Below, piece after piece: positions 48,031 through 57,766 of a stretch of DNA of 62,975 nt. Origin of the DNA: Bacteroidota bacterium (GTDB lineage: Bacteria > Bacteroidota > Bacteroidia > Chitinophagales > Chitinophagaceae); contig JBPOHG010000071.1 in the NCBI GenBank assembly GCA_052035835.1, positions 1 to 62,975 of the forward strand. Direction: 5' to 3'. The translations under genes and the position numbers were made by a program. A model generated the notes under the pieces. That model had not been told where the DNA came from. It was given only the letters and a program-made list of their open reading frames with translations, and ran no database searches. Positions within the stretch are counted from its first letter, which is position 1, and the number at the start of each line of letters is the position of its first letter.

Positions 48031-48151
48031 TTGCCCCTTTTTGGTAAAGTTATTTATTTGCAACACATGAAAGCCAATATTGCATAAATTCATAGTGCTA
48101 TATACTGTTGAAGAGGTATGTATTTGATGGACCGGAGTAATTTTAAATTAC

Positions 48152-51136
48152 ATGAAATTTTATCAATTATTCTTGTTGATTTTCTTTCTTTTTTTATACC
48201 GGGCACCTGGTCATGCCCAGTTAGCAGAAGTGAGTAGGAATTTTACACAGGCTGATGGCCTCCCCAGCAATGAAGTGTATTATGTTTTTGAAGATTCCAG
48301 GCATTTTTTATGGATGGCAACCGATCAGGGTGTGGTGCGGTACAATGGTAAGAAAATGGAGTTTGTTAGCTTGCCAGACAATGTTGTTTTTAAAATAAAG
48401 GAAGATGAGGCCGGAAGGATCTGGTTTTTCAGCAGTACAGGGAAACTAGCCTACTTTGAAAACGAAAAAGTTGTGCCATTTAAGTTCAATGAGAAGATAA
48501 CGAAAGAGATTTTACGTATTTCCATCAGGGACGCATTTGTAACAGCGAGCGGACAAATAGAAATAAATTCGGTGTACGATAACAATTATAGTATTCTCCC
48601 AACAGGTTCCATAAAAGCACACCGTTATTATCAAGAGAACTCAACAAACCACACTTTATTTTTAATCGATTCATTTCCCGGGAAAAGGCAAATAGCAAGA
48701 TTGGTTAATTTAAACCTTTTACGCCATGACAGTATTCATGTTACTGTTAAGAAAGAAAATAAACAGTTGTTGTATACTATAGAGAATTCATTTTCTAAAG
48801 GATCGTACTATGGAAGTGTTTTAAAAGAAGATGGTGCCACCATTTTCTTTGCCGGCAAAGTTTTATCTGTTTTGTATCCCGATGGGCATAGCATACAGGC
48901 AAAGTTTGAACATGAAATTTTGTGTATCAAGCCCACAGATGGAGTTGTTTGGGTGGGTTTTTTAAATGGCGGTGCAGTAAAAGTAGATTCGAAGTTGAAG
49001 GCAGTGGATGGCTTACCTTTTTTTGATGGGATGAGTGTGACATCCATAGAGAAAGATTTCGAAGGCAATATGTGGCTGTCAACACTGGAAAAAGGTGTCT
49101 ATTTTATTCTACAAAGTAATATCAGAAGGTTTGCAAGTACAACAGTTTTTCACCACCCCATTTTCAGAATGTTTCCTGTTGACGACAGTACTTTGTTGTA
49201 TAGTAGCGGAAATAATTTGTATGAATTATCAGGAAATGTGTCAAAGCAAATTGACTGGGATGAATATTTATATGTTTCTGATTTGTTTATAAAGGATAGG
49301 AATATTTTTTGGTCGGGGAAAAGAGGCGCTCATAGTACAGATTCAAGGATTGCTTTTATGAAGCATTTGCCTTTTCCTCCTTATAATAAAATTTACCACA
49401 TCTTATCAGGTTCAGAGATGGCTGCATTGCCCAATGGGAAATTCCTGTTTAATACGGTTACCAGTATTAATCTTTTCGACAGTTCACAAGTTGAATCACT
49501 GAATGCAGCTTACTATCCCCTCTATTTTAATTTTGTACAGAGCAGGTTATTCTCAGATGAAAGTAAACAGGTTTGGTTAGGGAATATAAAAGGCCTTTTT
49601 CGGCTTGATACAACAACAAAATCGGCGGTTCCATATCATTTAAATAACAACGATGTGCTTAAAAATGGGGTAAATGCAATACGGCAAATGAACAATGGAA
49701 TGTATGCAGTTGCTATTAGGTTTGGTGGTTTAATATTATTCAAAGACAAGAATGTAGTTGCACACATTACCGAGAAGGATGGCCTGCTAAGGAATTCTAT
49801 ATCTTATATTCTGGTTAATAAGAATCAATTGTGGCTTGCAACTACCAAGGGTATGTCGGTGATCCAATTCGAAGGAAAAGATTATTCAAAGTATCGAATA
49901 GTGAATGCAGGGAGGAGTGAAGGGCTTTCTAATGTTCAGTTGAATCAATTGCTGTTTCATAACAATCAATTGTTGCTTGCAGGCAATACTGGGCTGTATG
50001 TATTACATGACCCATCCGCATGGTTGAATAAAAAACCCTGGCGTTTGCCTTTTTATATCAGCTCATTGAGTTACGGTAATAAGGATACAATTATCAATTC
50101 TTCAAATTCGTTTACTGTTCCTTTTGGTGATAAACGCATTGTAATAAAATACACGGCAGTTAGTTTCAACGCCGCGGAAGAGCTAAAATATTATTATAAA
50201 ATTTCAGAAGTAGATACTTTGTGGCATGAAACGAACAGTGATCAGATCGTGCTGGAGAACCTTTCTCCGGGAAATTACAATGTTGAGGTAAAAGCAGCCA
50301 TTCCATCTTTGCATCGGGAGTCGGTTATCCATACCATTGGCATTCGTATTGAAAAGCCATGGTGGCTGGCCAACTGGTTCCTTGTTACAGCATTTATAAT
50401 GGTTGCCTTGCTGATATTTGTTTTTTACCATTACAGGATCAATCTTGTTCGAAAGAAGGAACAGCAAAAATCAGCAATAAAGTCAAAGCTGGCAGAGTTA
50501 GAACAAACTGCATTGCGTTCTCAAATGAACCCTCATTTTGTATTTAATTGCCTTACTTCTATTCAGCAATTGATCGTTGAAAACCATAACCTGGAAGCAA
50601 ATGAATACCTGGTAAAGTTTGCAAGGCTCATCCGGCGAACCCTGGAGCTTTCGGCTCAGTCGTATGTGAGTATCTACCAGGAAACTGATTATATAAAAGA
50701 GTATATAGAGCTTGAAAAAATGCGCTATCCCGGGTTATTTGATTTTAATGTGTTGGTAGCACAGGATATTGATGTAAAAAGTACCCTTATTCCCAATATG
50801 ATGCTGCAACCAGTAGTAGAGAATGCCATCAGGCATGGGGTAAAATCACTTTCCAATAGAAAAGGGTCAATAGAGTTATCTATTTACAAACGAGATAACC
50901 AGGTGTGTTGTGAAGTAAGCGACAATGGGGTTGGCAGAAGACAAATCACTGAGCCCAAAGAGCAGCCTTTTTCCAGGCACAAAAGCTTTGGGATTGATAT
51001 TGTAGAAAAGAGGATAAAAATTTTGAACGACGGATCAGTTTCCAAAGCATTCATTGAAATAAAAGATTTGTTTGATGAAGAAGGCGTAGCTTCAGGTACA
51101 GTAGTAACATTGGTTTTCCCGATAAAAATTTCCTAG
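48152..51136 (+). CDS. Sensor histidine kinase (beta-propeller + Y_Y_Y + LytS-type kinase)
   Basis: 'DGLPSNEV', repeated 'W..T..G' blades, 'NLSPGNY', TM helix, 'LRSQMNPHFVFN', 'LQPVVENAIRHG', 'DNGVG'. Confidence 0.93.
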   Translation: MKFYQLFLLIFFLFLYRAPGHAQLAEVSRNFTQADGLPSNEVYYVFEDSRHFLWMATDQGVVRYNGKKMEFVSLPDNVVFKIKEDEAGRIWFFSSTGKLAYFENEKVVPFKFNEKITKEILRISIRDAFVTASGQIEINSVYDNNYSILPTGSIKAHRYYQENSTNHTLFLIDSFPGKRQIARLVNLNLLRHDSIHVTVKKENKQLLYTIENSFSKGSYYGSVLKEDGATIFFAGKVLSVLYPDGHSIQAKFEHEILCIKPTDGVVWVGFLNGGAVKVDSKLKAVDGLPFFDGMSVTSIEKDFEGNMWLSTLEKGVYFILQSNIRRFASTTVFHHPIFRMFPVDDSTLLYSSGNNLYELSGNVSKQIDWDEYLYVSDLFIKDRNIFWSGKRGAHSTDSRIAFMKHLPFPPYNKIYHILSGSEMAALPNGKFLFNTVTSINLFDSSQVESLNAAYYPLYFNFVQSRLFSDESKQVWLGNIKGLFRLDTTTKSAVPYHLNNNDVLKNGVNAIRQMNNGMYAVAIRFGGLILFKDKNVVAHITEKDGLLRNSISYILVNKNQLWLATTKGMSVIQFEGKDYSKYRIVNAGRSEGLSNVQLNQLLFHNNQLLLAGNTGLYVLHDPSAWLNKKPWRLPFYISSLSYGNKDTIINSSNSFTVPFGDKRIVIKYTAVSFNAAEELKYYYKISEVDTLWHETNSDQIVLENLSPGNYNVEVKAAIPSLHRESVIHTIGIRIEKPWWLANWFLVTAFIMVALLIFVFYHYRINLVRKKEQQKSAIKSKLAELEQTALRSQMNPHFVFNCLTSIQQLIVENHNLEANEYLVKFARLIRRTLELSAQSYVSIYQETDYIKEYIELEKMRYPGLFDFNVLVAQDIDVKSTLIPNMMLQPVVENAIRHGVKSLSNRKGSIELSIYKRDNQVCCEVSDNGVGRRQITEPKEQPFSRHKSFGIDIVEKRIKILNDGSVSKAFIEIKDLFDEEGVASGTVVTLVFPIKIS

Positions 51137-51137
51137 T

Positions 51138-51890
51138 ATGACAACTGCTTTAATCATAGAAGACGAACCAAGAAATGTTGCTTTGCTGGAAGCATTGATT
51201 CAACAGCATTGCGCCCACATGGTAACGGTAAAAGGCAATGCAGGTAATATCCGGGATGCATTTGAGCTGATTAAGGAGGAGAAACCAGGAATATTGTATT
51301 TGGATATTGAATTGAGCGATGGCAGTGCATTCGACTTACTAGACCAGTTTGAGGAAATGCCTTTCCGGGTCATATTTGTAACTGCTTTCAATGAATATGC
51401 GGTTAAGGCGTTTCGCTTAAATGCAGTTGATTACCTGCTTAAACCAATCTCCTCTGCCGAATTGATAGATGCAACCCGTAAAGCCATTGCACGTAACAGT
51501 GAGGAAGGGGAAAGCGGGCAGTTGCTAAAGTCTATTCGGCAACTGGCACTAACCGGCGGCACCTCCAGGGTGGCCATCAATGTGGCAGACGGGATTTTAT
51601 ATTTGAAGCAGGAAGAAATTGTGCGCATTGAAGCCAAAGCGAATTATTGCATCATATTTTTGAGCAATGGACGATCCATCACTTGTATCAAGACGTTAAA
51701 AGAACTGGAAGAAATGTTGCCGGAGCATATTTTTCTGCGGGTGCACCATTCATGGATTATCAATACCAATTACCTTAAAAAATACCATAGAAACAAGAAC
51801 GGGTATATAGAGATGGAAGATGGGAGCACTGTAGCCATATCTGTTCGGAAAAAAGAAAAGCTCCTTACATTTTTTAACCGTAAAGAATAG
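51138..51890 (+). CDS. LytTR family response regulator
   Basis: Receiver 'IEDE', 'LDIE', 'YLLKP'; LytTR 'FLRVHHSWIIN'. Confidence 0.93.
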   Translation: MTTALIIEDEPRNVALLEALIQQHCAHMVTVKGNAGNIRDAFELIKEEKPGILYLDIELSDGSAFDLLDQFEEMPFRVIFVTAFNEYAVKAFRLNAVDYLLKPISSAELIDATRKAIARNSEEGESGQLLKSIRQLALTGGTSRVAINVADGILYLKQEEIVRIEAKANYCIIFLSNGRSITCIKTLKELEEMLPEHIFLRVHHSWIINTNYLKKYHRNKNGYIEMEDGSTVAISVRKKEKLLTFFNRKE

Positions 51891-51895
51891 CTCAA

Positions 51896-52423
51896 CTACG
51901 CATTCATGTTGTTTGTGCCAGGGTGAAAAGCTTTGAATGTTTTAACCGGGCAGTCGTCTATTATCTCGTCTTTAATGTAGCGCATGCCAATTTTTTCGAG
52001 TATGTTCAGGGATGCCGCGTTGTGAACATGAGCCCTGCCGGTAATTTCTGAAATGTTTAATGTGTCAAATCCATAGTGAAGGCTGTGATATGCAGCTTCT
52101 GTGGCAAAACCGGTTCCCCAGGCTGTTTTCTTTAACCGGTATCCAAGATCGGTTTCCTTAAGTTCGGGGCGGTATTTGAGTCCGCACCACCCAATAAATT
52201 CATGATCATCCCTGCGATGAATGGCCCAGCGCCCGAGCTTATTTTCATATTGGGGGAGGATGATTTCTTTTAGTATTTTTTTGGCATGTGTTTCATCTGT
52301 AAGGATGGGCTCATGGAGATATTGCAATACTTCGGGATCGCTGTTCAATCCTAAAATCAGTGTAGCATCATTGAGCGTGAACTGGCGTAAATACAACCGG
52401 GGCGTTTCAAAAATAATATTCAT
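51896..52423 (-). CDS. GNAT (RimJ/RimL-like) acetyltransferase
   Basis: 'ETPRLYLR', 'FIGWCGL', 'WGTGFATEAA', 'N.AS...LEKIGM'. Confidence 0.9.
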   Translation of the reverse strand: MNIIFETPRLYLRQFTLNDATLILGLNSDPEVLQYLHEPILTDETHAKKILKEIILPQYENKLGRWAIHRRDDHEFIGWCGLKYRPELKETDLGYRLKKTAWGTGFATEAAYHSLHYGFDTLNISEITGRAHVHNAASLNILEKIGMRYIKDEIIDDCPVKTFKAFHPGTNNMNA

Positions 52424-52437
52424 AGAATTGATTTAAA

Positions 52438-52471
52438 TAAAAAGGATATACGAAAACTGCGTATATCCTTT
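52438..52471 (-). terminator. alaS terminator
   Basis: AAAGGATATACG-N7-CGTATATCCTTT with a T tail on the minus strand. Confidence 0.75.
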
Positions 52472-52489
52472 GAGGTTATTTTCGAAAGA

Positions 52490-55141
52490 TTATGCGAGCA
52501 TAGCCCGAACCTGTTCGATAACAGCTTTTAACTTGCCGGGTTCCTGCCCTCCGGCAGTTGCCAGTGTTTTTTGCCCTCCACCGCCACCATTGATTAGTGG
52601 CCCGGCAACTTCCTTAATGAGTTTTGATGCATCCAGGTTTTTGGCTGCTACTACTGTATCACTAATGCCAATAGCAACATGCGCTTTTCCACCAATGTTT
52701 GCGCATAATACCACAACATGGTCATGCAGGTGATTTTTGAAATCGAAACATAGTTTTTTTAGTGAATCTGCATGGGGGACTTCAATAATATCTCCAATGA
52801 AACTTACGTTGTTCAGTATTTCATCTTTCTGTAACAATTCATTGCGAATGATCACCAGTTGCCTGGCTTCCAGGGATTCGATGCGCTTACTCAAGGCGTT
52901 GTTTTCATTCAACAGGCTTTCGATGGCCTTTTGTATGTCTTTGGGATTTTTCAATTGTTCCCTGATGCTGTGTAACAAGTGGGTTTGAGACGCAATCAGG
53001 TTTTCGGCAGCAGCACCCGATACGGCTTCAATACGCCGTACCCCTGCAGCCACAGCCGATTCATGTTTGATTTTAAAATATCCGATTTCGCCTGTACTAC
53101 CTACATGTGTTCCGCCACATAACTCAATAGAGTATGCCGGGTCCATGATGACCACCCGAACGGTGTCTCCATATTTTTCACCAAATAAAGCCATAGCGCC
53201 CAATGCTACTGCTTCATCTTTAGCCATTGATTTGATTACTACAGGGATGTTTTCCCTGATTTTTTCATTTACAATTTTTTCAACAGATGCAAGTTCAGCT
53301 TCAGTAACTTTTGCAAAATGTGAAAAGTCGAAACGAAGTTGTTCTTCATTTACCAAACTTCCTTTTTGTGCAACATGTGTACCCAGCACTTTGCGAAGCG
53401 CAGCATGCATTAAGTGCGTAACACTGTGATGTATGGTAATTTCTTTTCTCCTGTTGGCATTCACAGTTGCAATTACATCTCCCTTTAATGCTGCAGGGAT
53501 GTTCTCTGCAAAATGAATGACGAGATCGTTTTCTTTTTTGGTATCTATGATATCTATGCTATGATTGTTTACCAATACTGTTCCGGTATCACCAACCTGT
53601 CCGCCGCTTTCGGCATAAAACGGCGTAGCCTCCAGGACAATTTGGTACAATTCCTTTCCTTTGCCCGTTACTTTCCTGTATCTCAAAATACGGGTCCTGG
53701 TTTCGAGGCTATCGTATCCAACAAATCCCTGGCTGTTGCCATCCTGTAAAATTTGCCAGTCTTCTGTATCCATTGCAGTAGCAGCCCTTGAGCGGTCTTT
53801 CTGTGCCTGCATTTCTTTGTCGTACCCTGCTTCATCAACCGAAAGGTTGTTTTCCGAGGCGATGAGTTTGGTAAGGTCGATGGGGAAGCCAAATGTATCC
53901 AACAGTTCAAAAGCATCTGCACCATTGATCATTTGAGTGCCTGATGATCTTGTGTCTGCCATGATCGCATCCATCTTTTTTAGCCCTTTATCCAGTGTTC
54001 GAAGGAAGGCTTCTTCTTCTTCCCGTATCACTTTTGCTACAAAGTCCTGTTGCTGTATCAATTCGGGGAATACGTTTTCAAACTGGCTGGCGATTACCGG
54101 CAATAGCTGAAACAACAAGGGTTGTTTGTAGTCAAGATAAGAATAATAATATCTAACTGCCCGGCGAAGGATACGCCTGATCACATAACCTGCGCCTGTA
54201 TTTGAAGGCAGCTGCCCATCGGCAATGGTAAAACTGATGGCCCTGATATGATCGGCGAGTACCCTGAATGAAATACTTTCTTTGTCATCGCCTGCCTTGT
54301 AAGACTTGCCAGTTATTTTTTCAGTGGCTTTTATAGTTCCGGTAAATACATCTGTGTCGTAATTGCTTTGCTTTTGTTGCAATACACGCACAAGCCTTTC
54401 AAAACCCATACCTGTATCTACATGCTTGGCCGGTAAAGGTTCCAGGCTGCCATCTTTTTTTCGGTTGTATTGAATAAATACATTGTTCCATATTTCAATC
54501 ACCTGAGGATGGTCTTTGTTTACCAATTCTCTTCCAGGAACTGCTGCTCTTTCCGCTTCGGTCCTGCAATCAACATGGATTTCGGTACATGGCCCGCAAG
54601 GCCCTGTATCGCCCATCTCCCAGAAATTATCTTTTTTATTTCCAAAAACGATCCTATCATCCGAAACAATCTTCTTCCACTCTGCCAACGCAATACTAGA
54701 AGGGGGGAGATTTTCCTTAGGGTCCCCTTCAAAAACGGTTACGTATAAACGATCCTTATCAATTTTGTACACTTCTGTTAGCAATTCCCAGCTCCAGGCG
54801 ATGGCTTCGGCCTTGAAATAACCGGCTGAAGGGTCATTGGGGTCGCCAAAGCTCCAGTTCCCCAGCATTTCAAACATGGTATGGTGGTAGGTGTCTACCC
54901 CTACTTCCTCCAGGTCGTTGTGTTTTCCACTAACCCGTAAGCATTTTTGTGTATCGGCAATCCTGGCTGATGGCGATTTTTTGTTGCCCAGGAAGTAGTC
55001 TTTAAACTGGTTCATGCCAGCATTGGTAAACAGAAGGGTAGGGTCATTTTTTACCACAATGGGTGCCGAGGGTACGATTAGATGTTGTTTGGATTGAAAG
55101 AAATCGAGAAAATGTTGCCTGATCTCTGAAGCAGTCATCAT
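52490..55141 (-). CDS. alaS: Alanine--tRNA ligase
   Basis: 'FTNAGMNQFK', 'HHTMFEMLGNWSFG', 'DTGMGFERL', editing 'HSVTHL...ELCGGTH', C-Ala 'GGGGG'. Confidence 0.98.
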   Translation of the reverse strand: MMTASEIRQHFLDFFQSKQHLIVPSAPIVVKNDPTLLFTNAGMNQFKDYFLGNKKSPSARIADTQKCLRVSGKHNDLEEVGVDTYHHTMFEMLGNWSFGDPNDPSAGYFKAEAIAWSWELLTEVYKIDKDRLYVTVFEGDPKENLPPSSIALAEWKKIVSDDRIVFGNKKDNFWEMGDTGPCGPCTEIHVDCRTEAERAAVPGRELVNKDHPQVIEIWNNVFIQYNRKKDGSLEPLPAKHVDTGMGFERLVRVLQQKQSNYDTDVFTGTIKATEKITGKSYKAGDDKESISFRVLADHIRAISFTIADGQLPSNTGAGYVIRRILRRAVRYYYSYLDYKQPLLFQLLPVIASQFENVFPELIQQQDFVAKVIREEEEAFLRTLDKGLKKMDAIMADTRSSGTQMINGADAFELLDTFGFPIDLTKLIASENNLSVDEAGYDKEMQAQKDRSRAATAMDTEDWQILQDGNSQGFVGYDSLETRTRILRYRKVTGKGKELYQIVLEATPFYAESGGQVGDTGTVLVNNHSIDIIDTKKENDLVIHFAENIPAALKGDVIATVNANRRKEITIHHSVTHLMHAALRKVLGTHVAQKGSLVNEEQLRFDFSHFAKVTEAELASVEKIVNEKIRENIPVVIKSMAKDEAVALGAMALFGEKYGDTVRVVIMDPAYSIELCGGTHVGSTGEIGYFKIKHESAVAAGVRRIEAVSGAAAENLIASQTHLLHSIREQLKNPKDIQKAIESLLNENNALSKRIESLEARQLVIIRNELLQKDEILNNVSFIGDIIEVPHADSLKKLCFDFKNHLHDHVVVLCANIGGKAHVAIGISDTVVAAKNLDASKLIKEVAGPLINGGGGGQKTLATAGGQEPGKLKAVIEQVRAMLA

Positions 55142-55286
55142 ATTGTGTAATGTTTGAATGGGTTGCTTATTGCAATTTATCGGGTTATATTTGTACGCTT
55201 AGGCGTAGCAGCCCTTTGCCGTTAGTAGTTGGGCTGCAATTTAATGATTAAGCCTGAGTTTAAAGCCCCTGGGGGTTTTGATCTTT

Positions 55287-56261
55287 ATGAAAAAAATCAA
55301 ATACTACTATAACACCCATACGCTCAGGTATGAAAAGCTGGTAACCCCTTTGCGGGTAAAGCTCTTGAGGCTGTTTGGCTGGCTTTCGGGATTGGTAGTA
55401 GGTTCGGCCATTGTAATCTATCTCTACAACCGGTTTTTCCCCAAGCCCCGTGATATTGAAGCCAACCGTAAGTATGAACTCCTGAAAGAAAATTACAATC
55501 AGGTAAACAGTAAAATAAAAACCCTTCAGGAACAGATGGCGGCCCTTGAAAAGCGTGATAATGAAGTATACCGCTCAATTTTTGAAGCAAACCCCGTTCC
55601 CGATAGTGCCCGGGCGAGGTTAATTGAACAGCAAAAGGAGATTGAAAAGATCAAAGAGATGAATGATTTTGAACTGGGCAAAGACATCGCCCAGCAATTG
55701 AATAATATCAGTGCAAGGGTTGCTTTTCAGTTTAATAGTTATGATGGAATTGCGCAGTTGATCAAAAACCAGGATGTAAAGCTTGCCAGCATCCCTGCCA
55801 TTCAACCGGTGAGCAATAAGCAGCTCAACCGTATTGCCAGCGGCTTTGGGATGCGGATCGATCCCGTTTACGGTACACCTAAAATGCATAAAGGGCTCGA
55901 TTTTACAGCCCCACAAGGGACACCGATATACGCAACCGGCGACGGAACAGTGAGCCTGGCCGGCGCCTCTGAAGGCGGTTATGGGAACCATGTCATCATC
56001 AATCACGGGTATGGTTATGAAACCCTGTATGGGCACATGGTGAGGATAAAGGCCCGGCGTGGACAAAAAGTAAAACGTGGAGAAGTAATCGGATGGGTGG
56101 GTAGTACGGGTAAAAGTACGGGGCCGCATTGCCACTATGAAGTACATATCAATGGCCAGGAAGTTGACCCCGTATACTTTTTTTACAATGATTTGAATGC
56201 CGAGCAATATGACCAGTTGCTCAAACTGGCAGCTACAGGAAGTGCCAAAAGTTTTGACTAA
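55287..56261 (+). CDS. M23 family metallopeptidase with coiled coil
   Basis: TM anchor, coiled coil, 'HKGLDF', 'YGHM', 'HCHYEV'; TATATTTG box at 55186-55193. Confidence 0.92.
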   Translation: MKKIKYYYNTHTLRYEKLVTPLRVKLLRLFGWLSGLVVGSAIVIYLYNRFFPKPRDIEANRKYELLKENYNQVNSKIKTLQEQMAALEKRDNEVYRSIFEANPVPDSARARLIEQQKEIEKIKEMNDFELGKDIAQQLNNISARVAFQFNSYDGIAQLIKNQDVKLASIPAIQPVSNKQLNRIASGFGMRIDPVYGTPKMHKGLDFTAPQGTPIYATGDGTVSLAGASEGGYGNHVIINHGYGYETLYGHMVRIKARRGQKVKRGEVIGWVGSTGKSTGPHCHYEVHINGQEVDPVYFFYNDLNAEQYDQLLKLAATGSAKSFD

Positions 56262-56270
56262 CTTTAAAAC

Positions 56271-56825
56271 ATGATGAAACTCAAACAAACAGCTTTGGAT
56301 TTCGACTTCCCTCCAGCGGAAGCAACACCAGCTCCCCAGCAACAAAAAAAAGAACCTGCTCCTGTTTCCACAGAACCGATTGAGGTGAACCTGCCTGCTC
56401 CCCCAAAAGCAGAAAAAGAAGAGCCACCCAAAAAGCAAACCCGGGGTAGGAAGAAGCTTAGTGATTTTAATGAGCATACCACCGTCATCAATGTGCCAGA
56501 CGATGAAGTGTTGTTTTCAAAAAGCTATTATAATATTGGGGCTGTAACTGAAATGTTTGGTGTAAATCATTCATTATTGCGTTACTGGGAAAATGAGTTT
56601 GAAATCCTCAAGCCCAAAAAAAACGGGAAAGGCGACCGCTTGTTCAGGCCCGAAGACATCAAAAACCTGAAACTTATTTTTCATCTGTTGAGGGAAAGGA
56701 AATACACCATTGAAGGGGCCAAAGAATTTTTAAAGAAAAGCAAACACGCAGAAAAAAAGTTTCAGCTCATCGAATCATTGAAAGACCTCAAATCATTTTT
56801 AGCCGAATTAAAAGCAACCCTCTGA
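56271..56825 (+). CDS. MerR family transcriptional regulator with Pro/Glu-rich N-terminal extension
   Basis: 'YYNIGAV.EMFGVN.SLLRYWE.EF...G.RLF'. Confidence 0.88.
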   Translation: MMKLKQTALDFDFPPAEATPAPQQQKKEPAPVSTEPIEVNLPAPPKAEKEEPPKKQTRGRKKLSDFNEHTTVINVPDDEVLFSKSYYNIGAVTEMFGVNHSLLRYWENEFEILKPKKNGKGDRLFRPEDIKNLKLIFHLLRERKYTIEGAKEFLKKSKHAEKKFQLIESLKDLKSFLAELKATL

Positions 56826-56832
56826 TCTATAC

Positions 56833-57348
56833 ATGAAGACAACCTTTCTGTCATTATTCATGGCCATTTTGCTGTCTGCTACCGTGCAGGCACAAACGCC
56901 ATACACTTCTGTAGCTGATGACAAAACCCCAGGTGGTATTATTATCAACGGTGTAATCAGCAAATACCTATTAGAAAATGAACCCAGCTTCACCTGGTAC
57001 CAGTCGAGCAAGAATGCATATACCCCAGATCAGGCTGTTGTAAATGCATTGGAAGCATCCAAAACAAAAGTGCAGTTTTTGTTGTTTGGCGGAACCTGGT
57101 GTGAAGACACCCAATTTATACTTCCTAAATTTTTCAAATTACAGGAATTGAGCGGTTTCCCCGATAGCCGCATCAGTTTCATAGGCGTAAACCGAGCCAA
57201 AAAATCATTGGGTAACCTGGCCGATGTGTTTGGCATTACCAATGTACCTACCATCATTATTTTAAAAGATGGAAAAGAAACCGGACGCATTGTAGAGTAC
57301 GGTAAAACCGGAAAATGGGATACCGAGTTGGCAGATTTCCTCAGGTAA
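56833..57348 (+). CDS. Secreted thioredoxin-fold protein (single active-site Cys)
   Basis: Signal peptide; 'GTWCEDT'; cis-Pro loop 'VPTII'. Confidence 0.8.
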   Translation: MKTTFLSLFMAILLSATVQAQTPYTSVADDKTPGGIIINGVISKYLLENEPSFTWYQSSKNAYTPDQAVVNALEASKTKVQFLLFGGTWCEDTQFILPKFFKLQELSGFPDSRISFIGVNRAKKSLGNLADVFGITNVPTIIILKDGKETGRIVEYGKTGKWDTELADFLR

Positions 57349-57358
57349 TTTTCTATAT

Positions 57359-57760
57359 ATGGACATACTGAATAGGAAGCAGGAGAATTTCTGTGAGAAT
57401 GCGGGTATTGCTGGGGAGTTGTTGTCTATTACATGCCTAATACAACACCTGGTATTCATGGTCCCTGGCTGGTTAACCTACAGCATCCTGATTGTATATT
57501 GTATGGCGATTGCAGGTTTTGTGATGCTTGCCCGTAAGTCACACCAAGCTTTTTGGTTGTTGCTTGCAGCCGCCATCCTGTTGTTTATTGTTACTGCTTT
57601 CATGATATTGATAAAGGCATTCTCTTTGGTAGTACCCTTATTGTTGATTTATACAGTAATAATTGTGGCTGTATTAAGCCTGAATGGTATTCAGCCATCA
57701 TTGAAAGAAAAATGGCTTCATCAAAAATCAGAAGATGAAAAATGGAATGGGATTATCTAA
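57359..57760 (+). CDS. Hypothetical membrane protein
   Basis: About 4 hydrophobic helices; 10 nt after the upstream stop. Confidence 0.7.
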   Translation: MDILNRKQENFCENAGIAGELLSITCLIQHLVFMVPGWLTYSILIVYCMAIAGFVMLARKSHQAFWLLLAAAILLFIVTAFMILIKAFSLVVPLLLIYTVIIVAVLSLNGIQPSLKEKWLHQKSEDEKWNGII

Positions 57761-57766
57761 TGGTTG

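Noticed and set aside
55620-56477. 285-aa minus-strand ORF
   Set aside because: Antisense shadow of the M23 and MerR genes with no recognisable motif
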